From Octopus sinensis (lineage: Eukaryota): 64,000 nt of DNA. The notes under the pieces are model-generated. The model was not told the DNA's origin and ran no database searches. It worked only from the letters and a program-made list of their open reading frames with translations. The translations under genes and the position numbers were made by a program. Within the stretch, counting starts at the first letter, position 1. Each line of letters begins with the position of its first letter. Shown in pieces: positions 1 through 64,000 of this stretch. The DNA lies in contig NC_043006.1 of NCBI RefSeq assembly GCF_006345805.1, positions 26,598,001-26,662,000 on the forward strand, read 5' to 3'.

Positions 1-350
1 GCCTGGACTCCAAACCTGCCATCAAGATGTAGGACAAGATTCTGTGATAGCCTGGGCTTCCGAGGCCCACAGCTCTTCAATATCCTCCCGAAGATCCTGA
101 GAGACCTGCATGGGGTGGATACAGATGTCTTTAAAATGAAGCTGGATCTCTTCCTGTCAGGTGTCCCAGATGAACCAACTTCACGGCAGGAGGGGCGAGA
201 GGGCAGCTGCATCGAACTCTCTCATGCACCAAATAGCAGTTGCTAGAAAGCCTCCATGAAGTGAAACCAAGTAGCAACACCAAATGGCGGTGCCCCAGCA
301 TGGCCACAGCTCATAAGCTGAAACTAGAATCAATCAATCAATCAATCAAT
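1..350 (+). mobile_element. CR1/L2-type LINE 3' end with (AATC)n tail
   Basis: Frame reads PGLQTCHQDVGQ../SLGFRGPQLFNILPKILRDLHGVDTDVFKMKLDLFLSGVPDEPT; the same tail occurs at about 3100-3370 and 51530-51830. Confidence 0.8.
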
Positions 351-2272
351 CATATATATGTATATACATATGTATGTATATACATATGTATATATATACA
401 TATGTATATATATATATATGTATATACATATGTATATACATATGTATATACATATGTATATATATATATGTATATACATATATGTATATATATGTGTATA
501 TATATATGTGTATATATATATGTGTATATATATATGTGTATATATATGTATATATATACTATGTATATATAATGTGTATATATATATTTATAGTAATATA
601 TATGTGTATATATATATGTATATATATATAGTTTAAATAATATATGTATATATATATATGTGTATATATATATGTGTATATATATATGTATATATATATA
701 TGTGTATAATCATTGTATATATGTATATACATATATGTATATATATAGTATATATGTATATACATATATGTATATATATATGTTATATATATATTTATAT
801 GTATATATGTATAATTGTTAATGTATATATGTATATGTATATCTATATATTGTATATATGTATATGTATATATGTTATCTGTATATATGTATATGTATAT
901 ATGTATATGTATATAGTTATGTATTATGTATATGTATAATGTATATATGTATATATATACATATATGTATATTATATATGTATATATATATATGTATATA
1001 TATATATATGTATATATATGTATATCTATATGTATTTATGTATATATAATGTTTATATATATGTATATATATGTATATATATGTATATATCTATATATGT
1101 ATCTCTCTCTATATAAACGGCAGTTTGTCTGTGCGTGTTTCTGTGTGTCTGTTTGCTTGTACCCTCACCTGACCACGGCTTTCAACCGATTCTGATGAAA
1201 CTTGACACACCCATAGCCCAATGTCATAATTCAAAACTAACGCAGCGAAAATTTTGAAAAGTTCCCCCATTTCTGAAAAAAATCGATAAATTCGACATGG
1301 TTCGAGAATCAGAAACACAACCGCAAACTGTCTAGGGGACGCAACTCCACCTTTTTTAACTAAAAAATATTTACCATCATTTTTTCCCATTTTTTTGCTA
1401 TTTTTTGGCTATAACTCTCTAAAATGCTTTATAGTTTTTCCCCTACAACCTGAGCACGCCGGGTGTACTGCTAGTATATATATATGTATATATATATATA
1501 ATATATATATATGTATATATATACATATATGTATATGTATATATATATATGTATATATATATGTATATGTATATTATATATGTATATATATATGTATATA
1601 TATATGTTATATATACATATATGTATATATATATTATATATATACATATATGTATATGTATATATATAATATGTATATATATATGTATATCTATACATAG
1701 ATGTAATGTATATATATGTACATGTTATATATAATATGTATATAATATGTATATATTACATATATGTATTATATATATGTACATGTATATATATATGTAT
1801 ATGTATATATATGTACATGTATATATATATATATATATGTATATATATACATATATGTATATATATGTACATGTATAATATATATGTATATGTGTATATA
1901 TATATTATATGTATGTATATATGTATGTATATAACATATATGTATATCTATCTCTATATGTAGTATATTTATGTATATATACATATATTATATATATATG
2001 TATATGTATATATGTATTATATATATATATGTATATATAGATATATGTGTATATATAGATATATGTGTGATATATATATTATGTGTATATATATATATAT
2101 TGTGTGTTAAACATATATATGTGTTATATATTTGTGTATATATATGTGTATATATATATATATATATATGTATATAATATGTATATAATATGTATGTAAT
2201 CTATGTATGTATATATATATATGTATATATATATATGTATATATATATATTATATATATATATATATATATA
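350..2272. repeat. Degenerate (TA)n/(TATG)n microsatellite field, interrupted at about 1108-1474
   Basis: Direct reading; source of the YIYI/MYIY pseudo-ORFs. Confidence 0.95.
1108..1474 (+). mobile_element. Short non-autonomous Helitron-like element inserted in (TA)n
   Basis: Starts TCTATATAAA, ends with a GC-rich subterminal stretch followed by CTAG|T; no target site duplication or terminal inverted repeat seen. Confidence 0.5.
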
Positions 2273-3372
2273 GAAGTCAGTTGTAGTGGCCAATGGGCCA
2301 CTTCCATTTACACGCAAAGTAGCGTGTTTCCGCAGGGGGCACTGTTCTGGGACCACTACTGTTCATATGGCCCTCTCAGACATGCCCTCAGCCACGCAGA
2401 GAGCCACGATCACAAGTTTATGCAGATGATACAAAAGTTTCACAGGCAATACAGAACCCTGAGGACACTAAACACCTGCAATGTGAGCTATACAAAATTA
2501 CAAGTGGGCCAAAAAGAAACATGCAGTTCAATGCTGAAAAGTTTCAAGCTCTATACTATCAGCATGCAAAACTAAATGCAATACCCAATGAATACACTGG
2601 ACCCTGAGGAATAGCAATCCCGAGGCACAATCAGTGCGTGACCTAGGTATTTACATGAGTGATGACGCGACCTTTCGTGTACATGTTGCTAAATTGGCAA
2701 TGAAATGTGACGACTGGCCGGATGGATCCTCAGAACCTTAGAACAAGAGAACAAGAAACCATGATGGTCCTTTGGAGGACACTTGTCCTAAGCCACTTTG
2801 ACTACTGCTCTCAGTATGGTCACCATCCCGTGTCAAGTTGATCACAGAGCTCGAGCGATTCAACGTAGCTACACGAAGAAGATAGCCTCTATGCAGAATG
2901 TCAGCTACTGGGAAAGACTCAGGAAATTAAAATTATATTCCCTGGAGCGTAGGCGGGAAAGATATGCCATAATATACATCTGGAAGATCCTGGAGGGAAG
3001 TGTCCTGAACTTTGGCATCGAGAGTTACGCAAATGCCAGAACTGGGCGCCACTGCTTGGTGCCTAGGACTCCAACTTGCCATCAATGTAGGACAAGATTT
3101 CTGTGATATCCTCCCGAAGAACCTGAGAGACCTGCATGGGTGGATACAGATGTCTTTAAAATGAAGCTGGATCTCTTCCTGTCAGGTGTCCCAGATGAAC
3201 CAACTTCACGGCAGGAGGGCAGATGAGGGCAGCTGCATCGAACTCTCTCAATGCACCAAATAGCAGCTGCTAGAAAGCCTTCATGAAGTGAAACTAAGTA
3301 GCAACCCCAATGCGGTGCCCCCAGCATGGCCACAGCTCATAAGCTGAAAACTGGAAAAATCAAATCAAAATC
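2273..3372 (+). mobile_element. Degenerate CR1/L2-type LINE 3' region (RT C-terminus)
   Basis: [32 protein letters not shown]; same 3' tail as 1-350. Confidence 0.85.
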
Positions 3373-3382
3373 ATATATATAT

Positions 3383-3526
3383 ATATGATTGATTGATTGA
3401 TTGATTCTAGTTTCAGCTCATGAGTTGTGGCCATGCTGGGGCACCGCCATTTGGTGTTGCTACTTGGTTTTACTTCACGAGAGCTTTTTAGCAACTGCCA
3501 TTTGGTGCATGAGAGAGTTCGATGCT
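3383..3526 (-). mobile_element. CR1/L2-type LINE 3' tail, inverted relative to the preceding copy
   Basis: GATTGATTGATTCTAGTTTCAGCTCATGAGTTGTGGCCATGCTGGGGCACCGCC is the reverse complement of the tail at about 280-350. Confidence 0.85.
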
Positions 3527-4234
3527 TGTAGTAGCCTCTTTAAAATAGCCAAGTTTTGAAACTTTGCATAGAATGTTTTCAATTCAGTAATCTTAAAAAT
3601 GTGTAAATATACTGTTATTCCACATCTCTCTTGCATTTGCAAGGATTTAGGCAGCAGAAATACTGAAGTGTGAATCTAGTGCCACTGAGTGATTATAGTT
3701 TAAAAAGCCCATAACTAAGAAACTACTTCAACTAGAAAACTGAAATTTCAGATATATTATTTCTGCATTGCATAGAGTCAGCACTCCAAGTTTGGTGAAA
3801 ACCTGAGCAGGCATTATGGACCCCCCCCCCCCACCACCACCACTAGAATTTTGTATGATTTGGGTGAAATATAGTGATTGATTTCTTAAGTTGCATGTGA
3901 GGTTTTTTTTTCAAATAAACCAAAGTAAATGTTAGTTTCCTGACTTCTATGAAATTATTCATCAAATTATAGTATAGGTTTTATTAGGTTGTGAAAAAGT
4001 CATAACCCAAATATATATATATATATATAAGGTTGGCCGAAAGTCACTTGACTATAAATCAAATCCATTTAGTTCCAAGATTTATTTATGTTTAACAACT
4101 AAATGAATGTAATAAAAACATCTAAATATGAATCATCATGAAAATTATTGAAACTGAAGTCCTTCGTGAGCAACACATTTTTCCATTCGAGTGAATACAA
4201 AATTACAGATTGTATTTATGGAATTTTGAATTAC

Positions 4235-4591
4235 TGTGTATATGTATGTGCATATGCATATGTATATTTGTATATGTATATATATATGCATATATGCAAA
4301 TGTATAATATATATATATGTATGTGTACATATGTATATGATGTATATATATATATATATGTATATATGCATATGTATATATGCATGTGTACATATGTATA
4401 TATGTATATATGCATATGTATATATGCATGTGTACATATGTATATATGTATATATGCATGTGTACATATGTATATATGTATATATGCATATGTATATATG
4501 CATGTGTACATATGTATATATGTATATATGCATATGTATATATGCATGTGTACATATGTATATATGTATATACACATATATATATATGCAG

Positions 4592-4636
<45 letters not shown>

Positions 4637-4665
4637 TGTGTATATACTTATATATGTATATATGT
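4235..4665. repeat. AT/GC-mixed minisatellite (ATATGCATGTGTACATATGTATAT-type units)
   Basis: Direct reading of repeated units. Confidence 0.9.
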
Positions 4666-4968
4666 CACTGTATCAGGTAAAAAATATAGTGTATCATATG
4701 AATGAAAAATAGATTCAATAGGATAATATAAAATATAGTGAAAGAATTCTTTTTTTTTTTTGAATAATGGATCTCAGTGCAAATAAAACTACAGGATGTA
4801 AATATTGGGTGAAGAAAAAGTCAAAGGCTGCCAATGAATCTCAACCTACATGAATTATTTCATGCTCTCTCTAAGTTTATAAATTCTTATGACATTAATA
4901 ATATATAATAATTATATTTTGTTTTAAACAACTCTTTTTATCATTAATTTTCCTTTTTTTTTTTTCAG

Positions 4969-62246
<57,278 letters not shown>

Positions 62247-64000
62247 GTAAGTAATATCTTTTCAATTTGAAAGTGTCCATTTTCTTTGTAAAGCAGTCCT
62301 TGAATGGAGAAATTAATGCAATTAATGTTCAACTTAAACTTCTGTAAAGAAAACATGGGAAGGAAAGGAGTCAGTGAAATACAATTCAATGGAAAGTTTA
62401 GTATGTAGTATGGGGGATGAAAAACACAAGGCATAATAAGACACGGAGAGACAGGTAACTTGGCAAATCATGGGTGAGGATAATATAAAGATTGTGAGTT
62501 AAGAGAGTTAAAGTATGCTTGGGGCTATAGTGTGTTAATGAGTGAAAATGTCTTTTTGCTGGATAACTTCCTTTGGCGATGGTTGTAATAGAAAAATGCT
62601 TGTATGTTAGACAATTGCATTTTTCAAGATACTTTCATTTTGAAAAAAAAAAAAATGAAACCTTTTTAATTATGATTTGTAAATAATAACATTATTAATT
62701 ACTGATATTGAATAGGCAGTTGTGACTTCCTAGCATTTATAGCAGTGAGTGACAAGTATAATTCAGTGCAGAATAAATATAAAAACAAAGAAGAACTTTG
62801 TTTAAAGTGTACTGGGTGGTTTTATTTTTTTATTTCATTGATGTATACCAGTCAGAGATATATATGTATGTATACACACATGGGAGCAATATTCTAATGT
62901 AGGGCCTTGTATAATGTCAGCAGTTGTCCTGATGTGAGGTATTTTTTAGCTTTGAAGTGATGAATTTTCCTTTAGGATATGGATAATGCCAGTATTCAAG
63001 ATATCAAATAGTTTCTAGTTTGATATTTGAGGTAACTAAATATAAAACTAGTTAATCTATTACAAATAAGAGAAAATGGTATTTAGAAAGTACGTTAGTT
63101 GCCACATTAGAACACTAGTTTTTGTCACTAATATTTAAGTGTCAATACATTTTTAATTCTCTTTAATTTGGCATTTATACGAATTAAATTTTAATCACTT
63201 ACTGATTAAATTCATTTCTCTTATAGTATCTGAGCTGCAGTTATCCCTTTTTACTTGTAGATTTTTTGGCTGAAGATTATCTTTTTAGTTTGCACTGTAT
63301 CATGGGATAACTGTTTTGAATGAAATTAAAAGCATTTTGTACGGAACACCATAGAAACACAATTCTACCAAAGCTAACACTAATCTAGACAAATCATTCT
63401 ATACTTTCTGAAAAACATTTCTACACTTTCTGAACGTTATTATCTTTAGATTTAATTTGTTTTTAGTGACCAAATAAACTATGATTGAGCAGCAAATATG
63501 TTTTTACATTTTCTAAACCTTAGTGTGTTTGTCATTAATGCAAACAAATGTGAGAGCCTGTAAAAACTATAAAACTTAGGTATGAAACTTATATTGCTTT
63601 TGTTGATATCTTAATGTAATTACTACTCTATCATAAGCTCTCTGACAAATTTCAGAATTTTATCTTTCACATCATCATTTTTATACACTTACAAAGTAAG
63701 TCTATCATTAAAAAATTTTTTTTTAGATTTTGCTAGGTTTTCTTTGTTCTACTTTTCAATGTACTGTAGGTTTTAAAGTGAGATGTTTCCTTTTCTATTC
63801 TGACATTAAACATAGCTACTTTTGACTGATTCAGTCAAATCATTTTAACAGAGGCAAAATCTAACTATTTTACAATGTATAATTTTATCAAATCAACTTA
63901 GACTTTACTCCTCTTCAGTGATAAATAAACAAAAAATGAGCAGTAGATAAGTGTTTATATTTTTAAACACAATATTTTAAAGAGCTTTCATGAAAGCCTA

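Noticed and set aside
240-2307. Many 60-180 aa ORFs rich in Y/I/M/C/H (also 4145-4712, 16661-17032, 49696-50216, 51158-51448)
   Set aside because: They are translations of (TA)n, (TATG)n and (CA)n repeats, which rarely contain stops; no coding signal.
62247-64000. Expected next GALNT exon (IWQCGG..PCSRVGH type)
   Set aside because: Not found in the remaining sequence; presumably beyond the window.

Overview
AT-rich, repeat-dense eukaryotic genomic DNA, probably from an octopod cephalopod. That assignment is inferred from the SINE/RTE families and the (TA)n load, not from a database match. The window lies inside one large + strand gene of the polypeptide N-acetylgalactosaminyltransferase (GALNT/PGANT, GT27) family. 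Five short coding exons are readable: A 4969-5135, B 10823-11000 (DxH motif), C1 19197-19388, C2 38517-38699 and D 62129-62246 (Gal/GalNAc-T motif). C1 and C2 are two intact, about 40% identical copies of the same catalytic-domain exon with identical splice phases, while A, B and D appear only once. This is the signature of tandem-duplicated, probably mutually exclusive exons that would swap part of the acceptor-peptide binding surface, and it is the main finding. A cloned, stop-containing copy of the C1 splice acceptor sits just downstream of C1. The rest is intron filled with Penelope-like elements (one nearly intact, in a palindromic arrangement, with hammerhead-like motifs), CR1-type and RTE-type LINE relics, tRNA-derived SINEs, Tc1/mariner and pogo relics, Helitron-like non-autonomous elements and microsatellites. 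Most entries in the ORF track are microsatellite or transposon noise. Repeat boundaries are approximate. Exon boundaries were read at base level.
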